Shown piece by piece: positions 19,781-28,846 of a DNA stretch of 64,000 nt. The notes under the pieces are model-generated. The model saw only the letters and a program-made list of their open reading frames with translations, ran no database searches and was not told where the DNA came from. The position numbers and the translations under genes are program-made. Source of the DNA: an uncultured virus (IMG/VR IMGVR_UViG_3300032053_000012) (lineage: Duplodnaviria; Heunggongvirae; Uroviricota; Caudoviricetes); the IMG/VR virus record IMGVR_UViG_3300032053_000012; one strand, written 5' to 3'. Position 1 is the first letter of the stretch. Each line of letters opens with the position of its first letter.

Positions 19781-20475
19781 CACGCGTCTCCGTACGCGGC
19801 TGCGTCCCAGCCGTCGATCGAGAGCACGCGCCCGTACGGCGCCCCTCCACCCTGCTGCTGATGCTGCTGGTCTCGTCCGCGCTGCTGCTGCGCGGGAGGC
19901 GTCCACGACCGCGGCGACCCCGCCACGCCCGAGGCGTGGCTCGCGGGGACCCGCGCGTCGGCGGGCCACGGGTCGTGCCGGTCGCGCGGCGCTCCCGTCT
20001 GGCTCACCCACCGGTTCCACGGCTCGGGCAGTTCGAGGCGCATCCCCTCGACCAAGGCGCCCGGCGCGAAGTCCCACGCGCTCGAGCCGCTGTAGACGCC
20101 CGGCACGCCGACCTTCGCCACCGTCGGGTTCGCGAGCAGCATCTCCTGGTAGCGACCGTCGTCGCCCACGATGCCCTCCGCGATAGACCCGGCGCTGTCG
20201 CCCGCGCCGACCACGTAGCACCACCGGAACCCGTCAACCGTCGCGCGGTCCGCCATCGCCGCGCTCCCCGCGGGCGCTGCAGACCCGGCCGCGCATGGCG
20301 CGATCTTGCCGCGCAGCGGGTGCGAGGGCGCGGCCGGCGGAGGAGCGGGAGGAGTGCCGCCCTCTCCGAGGAGTCGGAGCCCTCGGGCGTGCTGCGGCGT
20401 CGGCGGGGTCGCCGCGGCGCCCCCGACGAAGCGCGCGACACCGTATCCAAGCAGCGCGGCGAGCAGCAGTTCCAC
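19780..20475 (-). CDS. membrane-anchored LysM-domain protein
   Basis: YVVGAGDSAGSIAEGIVGDDGRYQEMLLANP...LVEGMRLELP; hydrophobic N-terminus. Confidence 0.7.
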   Translation of the reverse strand: MELLLAALLGYGVARFVGGAAATPPTPQHARGLRLLGEGGTPPAPPPAAPSHPLRGKIAPCAAGSAAPAGSAAMADRATVDGFRWCYVVGAGDSAGSIAEGIVGDDGRYQEMLLANPTVAKVGVPGVYSGSSAWDFAPGALVEGMRLELPEPWNRWVSQTGAPRDRHDPWPADARVPASHASGVAGSPRSWTPPAQQQRGRDQQHQQQGGGAPYGRVLSIDGWDAAAYGDA

Positions 20476-20549
20476 GGGGTTCGTCCTCCTCTCGGGTTCG
20501 TTTCGTCTTGTCAGGTCAGCGTCGTCGTCCCTACACCGTCATCCTACCA

Positions 20550-22037
20550 CTACTTCATCCCGAGCACGCGCGACGGGCACTCGATCAGCATCCCGTTCTC
20601 TCGCCGCACCGTCGACGGGTAGCGCATCCCCCGCGGCAGCACGTCGGGCCAGCGCACCATCACGTGGTAGAGGTGACGCGGCGCGCTCACCCCGTCGCCG
20701 TCCCGGCGCAGCGTCACCATCGGCGCCGCCGCCGCGACGCCCCAGCGCTCGCGCAGCTCAGCGACTCGGATGCACGCCAGGTCCTCGCAGTTCGACACCG
20801 TCACGTCGTGCTCGGGCAGGTAGACGTAGTGGTCGGATGTCTGGATGTCGTAGCAGGGCAGTTCAGCGACGTCGCGCTCGACCTCGCGCACGCGCAGCAG
20901 CTTCTCCGACTTGCCCCTCGGGTCGCGCACGCCGACGCGCCAGACCGGGTGCTGACCGAGGCCCTGGTGCTCCTCGACCGCGTAGCACCGCGAGTGCGCG
21001 CTCCGACCGAGCATCTTGAGCAGTACGCGCGCCTGCGTCGCCAGGACGCGCGACGACGTGGAGAACGTCCAGCCGCCGTTGGCGTTGCCGCCAGAACCGA
21101 GGTTGCTGTCCGCCATGATCCCGCGAAGCGTCGCGGCGGCGGCGGCCTCGCCGAGGTCGAGCGAGAGGACCCTCTTGTTGCGGGCGAGCCTCCCCATCCC
21201 GTGCGTGCGCAGCGTCCAGTCGCCGTCCTTGACGGCGATCGACTTGCGGTACCACCGGGTCGGGACGCCCAGTCGCTCGCAGATGGCTTGGACCTCGCGC
21301 TTCTGCGCCTCCTTCGGGTAGCCGTCCTGACCCGAGATGCTGAACTCGCTGTTCTTGTCGAGCCAGCCGTCGGCCACGTACAGGCCCTCGACGTAGGCGC
21401 GGTCGGGGTCGACGTCCCCTCGGCCGCCGAAGGCGACCCGCTCTGGGGTCACGAGCACGTCGTACTCTCGTAGCTCGCGCAGCCGTACTCGCTCGACCCG
21501 CCTCTCGGACAGGCGGCAGGAGCAGCCGCGTCCGTGCTCGAGGTCGCGGTTCGTGTGCTGGTCGCACCGGGCGACGAAGACGTGGTGGTCGCCCGTGAGC
21601 TGGACGACCGCGCCGTTATTCATCTCGACCGCGTCGACGGAGAGCAGGCCCTTGTAGACGCTCGCCTCCACCGTCGTCCACGCGTCGCGACCCCAGATCC
21701 GGTCGCCGACGCGGACGGCCTCGATCGGTACGAGTTCGTAGTCGTCGCGCAGGAGCAGTGTCCCGGCTGGGAAGCAGTCGCCCATCCCCTTGTCGTAGGT
21801 GACAACCACGTCCTGCCAGTCGTCGTCGCCGCACGCGCTCCCTGGCGGCGGTTCCATCCGGTCGTACCGCACGCCGCTCTTGAACAGCGGCGGGAACTTT
21901 CCCGGTAACGCTCGCATGTACTCCCGGTCGATCTCGACCAGCGCGTTGAGCAGATGCCCCATGTTCCGGAGCGCGAGCTCGACGGCCTTGGGACTCTCCT
22001 CACCGATGCTGTCGACCGCGAACGTCGGACGGTACAC
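20550..22037 (-). CDS. transglutaminase-like cysteine enzyme interrupted by an intein
   Basis: spliced extein (about 166 aa) reads ...KGMGD|CEDLAC...LYHVMV...IECPSRVLGM. Confidence 0.75.
   Translation of the reverse strand: MYRPTFAVDSIGEESPKAVELALRNMGHLLNALVEIDREYMRALPGKFPPLFKSGVRYDRMEPPPGSACGDDDWQDVVVTYDKGMGDCFPAGTLLLRDDYELVPIEAVRVGDRIWGRDAWTTVEASVYKGLLSVDAVEMNNGAVVQLTGDHHVFVARCDQHTNRDLEHGRGCSCRLSERRVERVRLRELREYDVLVTPERVAFGGRGDVDPDRAYVEGLYVADGWLDKNSEFSISGQDGYPKEAQKREVQAICERLGVPTRWYRKSIAVKDGDWTLRTHGMGRLARNKRVLSLDLGEAAAAATLRGIMADSNLGSGGNANGGWTFSTSSRVLATQARVLLKMLGRSAHSRCYAVEEHQGLGQHPVWRVGVRDPRGKSEKLLRVREVERDVAELPCYDIQTSDHYVYLPEHDVTVSNCEDLACIRVAELRERWGVAAAAPMVTLRRDGDGVSAPRHLYHVMVRWPDVLPRGMRYPSTVRRENGMLIECPSRVLGMK
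20790..21776 (-). mobile_element. intein (329 aa) with LAGLIDADG-like endonuclease domain
   Basis: starts CFPAGT; block B LTGDHHVF; YVEGLYVADG and LRGIMADS motifs; block F CYDIQT; ends VTVSN followed by Cys. Confidence 0.9.
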
Positions 22038-22076
22038 GTGCGGCCTCCTCGGGCGCGCGCGCGCCTGCGCTTCCTA

Positions 22077-22430
22077 CTACTCTCCGCCGCGCGCCAGCCT
22101 GCGGATCGCGACGTGGATCTTCCCGCTCGGGCGCGTGGGTACCGCGTTCTGCTCGCACCGCAGCAGGCGGTGCGTGTTGTCGATGAACTCTGCCACCCAC
22201 TGCAGCGGCGCCGACCCGTTGTCGATCGCGACGCTGACCTCCTCGTGGTCTGGGTCGGTCCCGCCCGACCCGAGGGTCAGCACGAACTGGGTGAGGTCCC
22301 GAGGATCGAAGAGCGCGACGCTCATGTCGTGGGCACTGCTCTGGATGACGGAAGCCGTCTGTGCATCCGATCGGAACACGATCGACCAGTCGGCTACGGT
22401 GACGGCGGAGTCTGCTCCGTGGGCGGGCAT
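22077..22430 (-). CDS. small beta-rich protein, paralog 3 of 3
   Basis: shares GAD..V...DWSI.F, HDM, LGSGG.D.DH.E.SV, DNTHR and AIRRL..GGE with neighbours. Confidence 0.8.
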   Translation of the reverse strand: MPAHGADSAVTVADWSIVFRSDAQTASVIQSSAHDMSVALFDPRDLTQFVLTLGSGGTDPDHEEVSVAIDNGSAPLQWVAEFIDNTHRLLRCEQNAVPTRPSGKIHVAIRRLARGGE

Positions 22431-22472
22431 GGCTTCTCTGTGTTCCTTTCCCGGCTACTCGTTCTCGGACGC

Positions 22473-22808
22473 TTACTCGCCGCCTCGCGGCAGCCTTCGG
22501 ATCGCGACCTTGACCCGGACGGGGTCGACGGGCGCGCCCACCGCTTGGAAGGACAGGCCGCGGTGCGTGTTGTCGATCAAGTCGATGCTCCACTCGGGCG
22601 CTTGACCCACCCCGACCTCGACCGCGACGCTGATCTCCGCATGGTCAAAGTCTGCTCCGCCTGACCCGAGCGTCAGGACGAACTGCCCGAGCGTCAGCTG
22701 GGCCACGGTCATGTCGTGCGCGCTCGTGACGAGCGGCGCCGGGCCGCCGGGCTCGAAGACGATCGACCAGTCGGGCGTCGTGACGGCGGAGTCTGCTCCT
22801 CTGGGCAT
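22473..22808 (-). CDS. small beta-rich protein, paralog 2 of 3
   Basis: same motifs. Confidence 0.8.
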   Translation of the reverse strand: MPRGADSAVTTPDWSIVFEPGGPAPLVTSAHDMTVAQLTLGQFVLTLGSGGADFDHAEISVAVEVGVGQAPEWSIDLIDNTHRGLSFQAVGAPVDPVRVKVAIRRLPRGGE

Positions 22809-22817
22809 GTCTCTCTC

Positions 22818-23195
22818 CTACGGCTCGCCGCCGGGCTGCAGCCTGCGGATCGCGATGGTGACGAGGACCGGGTCCACGGGGACGCGGGTCGGTCCGACCC
22901 CGAACATGGTGACCCAGAGGCGTCGGTGCGTGTTGTCGACGAACTCCATGCTCGTCGAGACGGCCACCGCGCCGTTGGCGCATTGGACGCTGAGTTCCTG
23001 GTGGTCGTCGTCGATGCCGCCCGACCCGAGCACCAGGTCGTAGGCGCCGACCAGCGGTGCCGGTCCATTGAAGGCTCGACTCACCTGCATGTCGTGCGAG
23101 CTCTTCTGCGTCGGCTGAGCAGGGACCCCGTTCGGAACGAACGCGATCGACCAGTCCGGCGTCACTACCTCGATGTCTGCACCGCGCGCCGGCAT
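22818..23195 (-). CDS. small beta-rich protein, paralog 1 of 3
   Basis: same motifs; GGAGGA RBS. Confidence 0.8.
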   Translation of the reverse strand: MPARGADIEVVTPDWSIAFVPNGVPAQPTQKSSHDMQVSRAFNGPAPLVGAYDLVLGSGGIDDDHQELSVQCANGAVAVSTSMEFVDNTHRRLWVTMFGVGPTRVPVDPVLVTIAIRRLQPGGEP

Positions 23196-23222
23196 GTCGT
23201 CCTCCTACCAGTCTGGAGTCTC

Positions 23223-23257
23223 GGAAAAGAGAAAACGATGCGCGCTCGCGCGCGCGC
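23223..23257 (-). terminator. probable intrinsic terminator
   Basis: GCGCGC-gag-CGCGC-type stem followed by TTTTCTCTTTT on the minus strand, downstream of 23334..23924. Confidence 0.45.
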
Positions 23258-23333
23258 CGGTGAGGGGGCCGCGACCTGTCTGGCCGTCGATCCCCTCGCC
23301 GTTCTTAGCGCGCGCGCACGAGGCGCGACGTCG

Positions 23334-23924
23334 TCAGCGGGTGGGCTGCGGGCAGGGCACCGGCCAGCCGAAGCCGGTCACGGTGACGGTCACGGCCGCG
23401 AGGGTCGGGTTCTGGAAGGTGAACGCCGCGCCCGTGGTCGGGTAGATGTTGATCCCCTGCAGCATCTTGCAGCGCGTGTTCGCGCTCTGCAGCGCGTTCA
23501 GGCTGATGTTGCCGGCCTCGATGAAGTTGCAGCGGCCGACCGTGATCGCGCTCGCGAGGACGGCCCCCGTCGGGTCGGTGAACACGATCTCGTCGAGCGT
23601 GAACGCCTCGATCGGCAGCAGCGTCGCGGTCGCGACGCCGGGGACGCCCGCGACCGCCGCGGGGATCAGCACGCTCGCGCCGATCGGGGTCGGTCCGGCG
23701 CTTGTGGTGTTGTAGCACCACCCCTGCGGCATCGATCCTGCGGCAGGCGGCGGCTGGCAGGGACCGGTGGTGTCCATGCCCACCCAGGGCTGCTGGTAGG
23801 CGGGCTGGGGCGTGTACCCCACCATCGGGCCGCGCCCGGGGGGCGCGTTTCGGAGGGCGGCGGGGGCGCCGTAGCCCACGCGGACGATCGCGGCTTGTGC
23901 GGTGGTCGAGCGGCCGTAACGCAT
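23334..23924 (-). CDS. candidate jelly-roll major capsid protein
   Basis: low-complexity N-arm then about 110 aa of alternating beta strands; AGGAG RBS; followed by a terminator. Confidence 0.4.
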   Translation of the reverse strand: MRYGRSTTAQAAIVRVGYGAPAALRNAPPGRGPMVGYTPQPAYQQPWVGMDTTGPCQPPPAAGSMPQGWCYNTTSAGPTPIGASVLIPAAVAGVPGVATATLLPIEAFTLDEIVFTDPTGAVLASAITVGRCNFIEAGNISLNALQSANTRCKMLQGINIYPTTGAAFTFQNPTLAAVTVTVTGFGWPVPCPQPTR

Positions 23925-24020
23925 GGGCGTGTCTCCTGTTCTAGTGACTGGTGAGAGGGTCGAGAGAGGGTCGGTCGAGAGAGAAGGTGAGGTCCGCGCG
24001 CGGACGCGCGGACCTATCGA

Positions 24021-24659
24021 TCAGCGGTAGCCGTGGAAGGCGTCCTGGTAGGTCGCCGCCTGGTGCGCCGCGACGCCCGCGGCCTGCACGTTCGCCTGGG
24101 GCGCGTAGGCCGGCGCGTACGCGGGCAGTTCGCCCGCCACGCTGGGCTGCTCGTAGTCGAAGCCGACGCCCGCTGGGGTGCCGCCGCCCTCGGCCGCGCG
24201 CTTCGCCGCGCCGTAGGTGTTGCCCTGGTTGGCGAACCAGAAGCAGCCGAAGCCGGTCCCGGCCCCGGAGATGGCCGAGTCGGCGATCTTGCCGAAGCTC
24301 TTGCCCTTCCAGAGCTGGTAGAACTCCAAGCCGCCGAGTGCCAGGGCGCCGATGGCGTCCATCCCGACGCCGCCCTTGCCGGCCGCGTCCGCGCCGACCG
24401 CGGGCATGCCCTTGTACGCCTGCAGGAAGCCGAGCAGGCCCGACGCGACGAACGCGGTGCCCTTCGTGACGACCATCGTCGTCATGCGCTCCGTGCGCTC
24501 CTTCGCCTTGTCGTCGCGCTTCTCGATCTTCTCGAGCTGCGCGACCGCGGCGGACTCCGCGTAGTTGCTGCGTCCGGCGTAGTGCGACATCCCGCCGCCT
24601 GCGTAGTGCGGGCTGTAGGAGGAGTAGCGAGCGGCGTTGAGCGAGGTGAGGTCGTACAC
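24021..24659 (-). CDS. putative major virion membrane protein
   Basis: AGGAG RBS plus GTG; three Gly-rich hydrophobic segments; first gene after a non-coding gap. Confidence 0.6.
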   Translation of the reverse strand: MYDLTSLNAARYSSYSPHYAGGGMSHYAGRSNYAESAAVAQLEKIEKRDDKAKERTERMTTMVVTKGTAFVASGLLGFLQAYKGMPAVGADAAGKGGVGMDAIGALALGGLEFYQLWKGKSFGKIADSAISGAGTGFGCFWFANQGNTYGAAKRAAEGGGTPAGVGFDYEQPSVAGELPAYAPAYAPQANVQAAGVAAHQAATYQDAFHGYR

Positions 24660-24773
24660 GGCGGTGTTCTCCTGGCGAGGGTTCGCTGGGTTCGCTTGTG
24701 GGCTCTCGTGTAGAGGCGCTGCTGGGGTAGGAGTGAGACTCGCGCGATCGAGGCGAATGCGCCACGGCCTCGT

Positions 24774-24874
24774 GGTCGAGCGACCCGTCACGCGCGGTCG
24801 AGCGACCCGTCACGCGCTCGCGCGCGAGTGAGGCGAGGCGAGGCGAAGTGAAGCGAGGCGAAGCGAGGTGAAGC
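24774..24874. repeat. two 22-bp tandem repeats followed by nine GARGY pentamers
   Basis: GGTCGAGCGACCCGTCACGCGC at 24774-24795 and 24796-24817; GAGGC/GAAGC/GAAGT/GAGGT nine times at 24830-24874. Confidence 0.9.
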
Positions 24875-24905
24875 GTACGCTGCGCGCGCTACCGCGCTGC
24901 GCGCG

Positions 24906-25169
24906 CTACTTCGACTCGCGGATCACCTTGCGCGCGACGCGGCGGCACGCGGACGAGCAGTAGCGCTTGTTCGCGGGCCTCTGCTCGAACGGCGTGCCGT
25001 CGACGGGACACAGGCTGACCTCCACCGCGCGCGGCAGCCTCGCGCGCTCCGCACGCATCCTCCACGCACGCACGCGCCACCCGTGCGACGGCTCGCTGTA
25101 GAGCGTCGCACTGCCCCTGAGCCTGCGACCGCAGCCGCACGCGCAGTAGCGCTTCTGAGACGCGACCAT
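24906..25169 (-). CDS. small zinc-finger protein
   Basis: YCACGCG...CPVDGTPF...KRYCSSACR. Confidence 0.65.
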   Translation of the reverse strand: MVASQKRYCACGCGRRLRGSATLYSEPSHGWRVRAWRMRAERARLPRAVEVSLCPVDGTPFEQRPANKRYCSSACRRVARKVIRESK

Positions 25170-25174
25170 GTGCT

Positions 25175-25414
25175 CTAGTAGGGGATCCGCACGTCGGTCG
25201 CCCCGCCCACCCACTCGATCAGCGAGACGTCCTCGAACCTCGTCTTGACCTGGTAGGTGTAGCCGTACGCGGACAACTCCGTCGCGACCTCGCAGAGCGA
25301 TCCGACGATGAACCTCCGCACGTGCGGCGGTCCCGACGTGACCTCGGCGCTCCTGACGCGTGCGTCGTGGCCGTGGCGCTGGACCACGACCGTCACGACG
25401 ATCTTCTGGCTCAT
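25175..25414 (-). CDS. hypothetical protein
   Basis: MSQKIVVTVVVQ..., 79 aa. Confidence 0.5.
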   Translation of the reverse strand: MSQKIVVTVVVQRHGHDARVRSAEVTSGPPHVRRFIVGSLCEVATELSAYGYTYQVKTRFEDVSLIEWVGGATDVRIPY

Positions 25415-25428
25415 GTTCTGGTTCCGCT

Positions 25429-25947
25429 CTACCGCATGGCCGCGGAGAGGATGAGGCCGCTGCGCGCCTGCTCGGCCGCGCGTGCGCGCGCGCAGAGCGA
25501 CGCCCGCGTCGCCTCGTCGTACTCGCTCGCGAAGTGCACGAGCCCGAGGTCGCCGTGCATCGGCGGCGCGATCACGCGCGCGCTCGACACGATCGCCTGC
25601 GTCGCGTGCATCACGTTCTGCACCCGCTGCAGCGCCCCGTTCACCGCCACCCATCCCGCCGTCAGCACGTAGACCGGCCAGAGCGTGCCACGCGGCGCCC
25701 CGCCCCGCGCCATCTCCGCGCGAAGCTCGACCTCCGTGCAGCCGCGAAGCCGACCGAGGAACTGCTGGTCTGGACCCAGCCACACCACCACCCAGTCGAC
25801 CATCGCGTCGCGCGGCACCACCTCGTCGTGCCACGCACGCGGCACCACCTCGACCGGCTGCCTCGACGAGGAGTCGGCCGCGCGCTCGCGCTCGAGTGCT
25901 CCGCCCGTCACCCCGGTCCCGTGTCCGTTGCCGTTCCCGCCGTTCAC
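25429..25947 (-). CDS. hypothetical protein
   Basis: GGAGG RBS plus GTG. Confidence 0.55.
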   Translation of the reverse strand: MNGGNGNGHGTGVTGGALERERAADSSSRQPVEVVPRAWHDEVVPRDAMVDWVVVWLGPDQQFLGRLRGCTEVELRAEMARGGAPRGTLWPVYVLTAGWVAVNGALQRVQNVMHATQAIVSSARVIAPPMHGDLGLVHFASEYDEATRASLCARARAAEQARSGLILSAAMR

Positions 25948-26033
25948 CGTCGTACCTCCTCGCCGTACGCCTCGATCACCTCGCGCTCGTCGTGGCTCGT
26001 CTCGGACCCCGCCCGGGTCCGTCGCGGTGCGCA

Positions 26034-26633
26034 TCACGCGCCCGTCGCCGCGTCGCACCCGGCCGGCGCCGCCCCCGTCGACGAACTCGGGGGCATTTCC
26101 GCGCGCGCGCGTCCCATGCCCTGCCCGCCCTCGATCACCCGCGGCACGAACCCGCCTCGTCCGGGTCCAGAGAACTGCGCCGACGCTAGCGCATGCACCT
26201 GGACGGGCGCACCGGGCTGGAACGCCATCGGCGCTGGCCGCGCGACCGGCTGCGGCGAGTAGTAGAGCGGCTGCGACTGCTGCGCGCCCGGGTACCCGTA
26301 TCCGCCGCCGTACCCGCCTCGCCCGGCCGTCGCGGGCTGCTGCTGCACGGGCTGCTGCTGCGCGGGCTGTACGTGCTGCTGCTGTACCTGCTGCTGCCTC
26401 GGGGCCGCGTCGCGCTCCTCTTCCCACCACCACTGCACGGTGCACGGGACGCTCTCCCCGTCGACCGAGAGGTAGTAGCCCTCCTCCCCGCAGCCGCGCA
26501 GGAACGCGTCCTGGTCCCAGTGCGCGAGGTACAGGCGCCACGCCGCGTCGCGCGTGCGCCCGCGGAACCGGTGCTCGACCACCGCGGTTTCGGGGTCCGA
26601 CTGCTCGAATGTCCTGTGGACGATCACGTGCAT
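26034..26633 (-). CDS. hypothetical protein with Gln/Pro/Gly-rich C-terminal half
   Basis: 199-aa ORF. Confidence 0.55.
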   Translation of the reverse strand: MHVIVHRTFEQSDPETAVVEHRFRGRTRDAAWRLYLAHWDQDAFLRGCGEEGYYLSVDGESVPCTVQWWWEEERDAAPRQQQVQQQHVQPAQQQPVQQQPATAGRGGYGGGYGYPGAQQSQPLYYSPQPVARPAPMAFQPGAPVQVHALASAQFSGPGRGGFVPRVIEGGQGMGRARAEMPPSSSTGAAPAGCDAATGA

Positions 26634-26640
26634 GGCGACT

Positions 26641-27651
26641 TTACCTCGGGTAGGTCGGGTCTGTGATCCTTGGATAGCGGCCGAAGAGCGCGGCGTCGAC
26701 CTCGACGGGACAGAGTGCTCGGTTCTCGAGGAGGACGTACGCGTTCATCGTAGGGTACATCACGACTGGTTCTCGCGCGAGCCTGCCGCCGCGGTCCACC
26801 GGCCGGCGCACGTCGTCGGGCACCCGCGTCGCGAACAGGTCGGCCGGCAGCGGCCCGTCGAGGACCATCCTCCGGTGCACGCAGAACTCGCGTATCTGGA
26901 GGACAGACGTGCACCCCGACGAGATCGCGAGGTGCGTCGCGACGAACACCTCGAGCGGCTGGAAGTTCACGCGGGCGACGCCCGGCATTCCCCCCGCGCA
27001 CGCGGGCACCACCGCGCGCTCGCCGCGCAGCCAGTCGCCCTCCTCCGTCTCGCGCAGCCGCTCGACCGCGACCGCCTCGTATTCCTTCTTCCCCTCGGGC
27101 GTCGACTCGTCGTCGGGCACGTACGCGCCGCGACGGCGCTCGCCCGAGTGCAGGAACACGCTGCACTTCCCGCACCGGCCGTCGAGCGTCGCGCCGTGGC
27201 CCGGCCCCGGGATCGACCACGCCGTCGTCGACCACCAGACCCCGCAGCACAGCCGCCAGTCGTGGCCGTCGAGTCGCTTGACCGGACCGAACGCGAGTCG
27301 GTCGCCCTCGTGGACGCTCGTTCTGGTCTCGGTCGGCATCCCGATCGGTCGACCCGGCTCCTCGACCCAGCGACGCCGCGCGCGCTCGATCGCCGACGCG
27401 ACCGCCGCTTCTCCCATCTGCGCCGCGCGCTCTGGCACGTCGAACGGTTCTGCCGCCTCGACCAGTGCGAGCACGACTCCCCACGCCGCGCGCTGCATCG
27501 GTTCGGCCACGCGTGGATCGACGTGGTCGCGCAGTTCTACCGGCACGCCGTCGACGCGGACGTCGATCATGCGCTCGCCGAAACTCGACTGGCCCGCGAC
27601 CAGCAGTGCGGCGCGCTGCGCATCGGTCAGTGCGTCCCACGCGCGGCTCAC
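26641..27651 (-). CDS. hypothetical Cys-containing protein
   Basis: 336-aa ORF. Confidence 0.6.
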   Translation of the reverse strand: MSRAWDALTDAQRAALLVAGQSSFGERMIDVRVDGVPVELRDHVDPRVAEPMQRAAWGVVLALVEAAEPFDVPERAAQMGEAAVASAIERARRRWVEEPGRPIGMPTETRTSVHEGDRLAFGPVKRLDGHDWRLCCGVWWSTTAWSIPGPGHGATLDGRCGKCSVFLHSGERRRGAYVPDDESTPEGKKEYEAVAVERLRETEEGDWLRGERAVVPACAGGMPGVARVNFQPLEVFVATHLAISSGCTSVLQIREFCVHRRMVLDGPLPADLFATRVPDDVRRPVDRGGRLAREPVVMYPTMNAYVLLENRALCPVEVDAALFGRYPRITDPTYPR

Positions 27652-27969
27652 CGCGACCCCCGCGGGTCCGCGCGGTCCGCGTGGCGCGCGCGATCTTCAC
27701 TCGCGCCTCGGTCCCGGTACGCCCTCGTCCTCCGGCACGCCCCGCACGTGATCCCGCGAGGGACGTTCGTCAGGATCACGTACGAACGCGCGCCGCACGC
27801 CGCGTACCCGTCGTCGCCCGAGACGTGGACCTTCGATCGCATCGCTCCTCCCTTCGGCTTGCTTCCCTCCTCGCTCGTCGGGACCACGCCGCGCGCGACC
27901 AGCCTCGCGACCGCCTCGCGCTCCGCGTCGCTCGGCTCCCTCCGCTCGGTCCAGACGACCGCCATCGTC

Positions 27970-28818
27970 CTAGCCCTGTCGCCTGCCGAGCAGCGACTCC
28001 CGCGACACGAGCCGCGGGTTGCGCGGGTCGCGCGGGTCGGGCTCCACGTTCACCTCGAACCCCACCTCCCGCTCCCCGTTGACCCCCACCAGGATCCCCG
28101 TCGGCAGCAGGTGCACGATCGGGCACCCGTCGAGGCGCGTGAGCGGCAGCAGCGACCGCAGCGCGTGCGACGCGTGCACCACCACGCGCTGCCCCGGCCT
28201 CGCTTCTACGAACCGCCGCCCCGTCCGGTCGCTCACGAGCAGCGGCTCGTCGAGGAAGAACATCAGCAGCGGGTCGCGCTCCTTGCCGCGGTCGAGCTCG
28301 CCCAGCAGCCGCCCGTGCAGCGGCGTCCCCCGGCCGTTGGCGTCGATCGTCTGCTCGATCGCGCTCATCGTCCACATGAGCGCCTGCTCAAGCACCGGCA
28401 CGTAGTGCGGCGGCGCCTCGCGCGGGTCGCGCGGCCTCGCCGTCTCCTGCGCCTGCGGCGGCGCCTGCTGCGGCTGCGCGGGCATCTGCGTTTGCGTCGG
28501 CTGCGGCATCTGCGTCTGCGGCTGCGCCTGCGGCTGCGCCTGCGGCTGCGGTGCCTCGTGCGCGGGCTGCGCCTGCTGCGACCCGCTCGTCGGCAGCATG
28601 CGCATGATGTCCTCGGGCGACACGTTCATCCTCTTCACAGCCTCGAGCAGTGCCGCGCCCGCCGCGATCTCCTGCTCCTTCTCCTGCTCCCTCGTCGGTC
28701 GCCCCGCGGGCCGCGCCGCCGCCGCCTCGGGATCGATCGCCTCGGACCTGCCGTTGCCCGTCACGCTGACGACCGCCTCGCCTGCGCCTCCGCCCCCGCT
28801 GACCGCCTCGTTCGCCAT
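27970..28818 (-). CDS. hypothetical protein with QP-rich linker
   Basis: GGAGGA RBS; MANEAVSGG... Confidence 0.6.
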   Translation of the reverse strand: MANEAVSGGGGAGEAVVSVTGNGRSEAIDPEAAAARPAGRPTREQEKEQEIAAGAALLEAVKRMNVSPEDIMRMLPTSGSQQAQPAHEAPQPQAQPQAQPQTQMPQPTQTQMPAQPQQAPPQAQETARPRDPREAPPHYVPVLEQALMWTMSAIEQTIDANGRGTPLHGRLLGELDRGKERDPLLMFFLDEPLLVSDRTGRRFVEARPGQRVVVHASHALRSLLPLTRLDGCPIVHLLPTGILVGVNGEREVGFEVNVEPDPRDPRNPRLVSRESLLGRRQG

Positions 28819-28846
28819 CTTGCTCGTCCTCCGTCCTTTGGGTGTC

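Noticed and set aside
24830..24874. Second CRISPR array, or a polyomavirus-like GAGGC origin
   Set aside because: Contiguous pentamers without spacers; the resemblance is superficial
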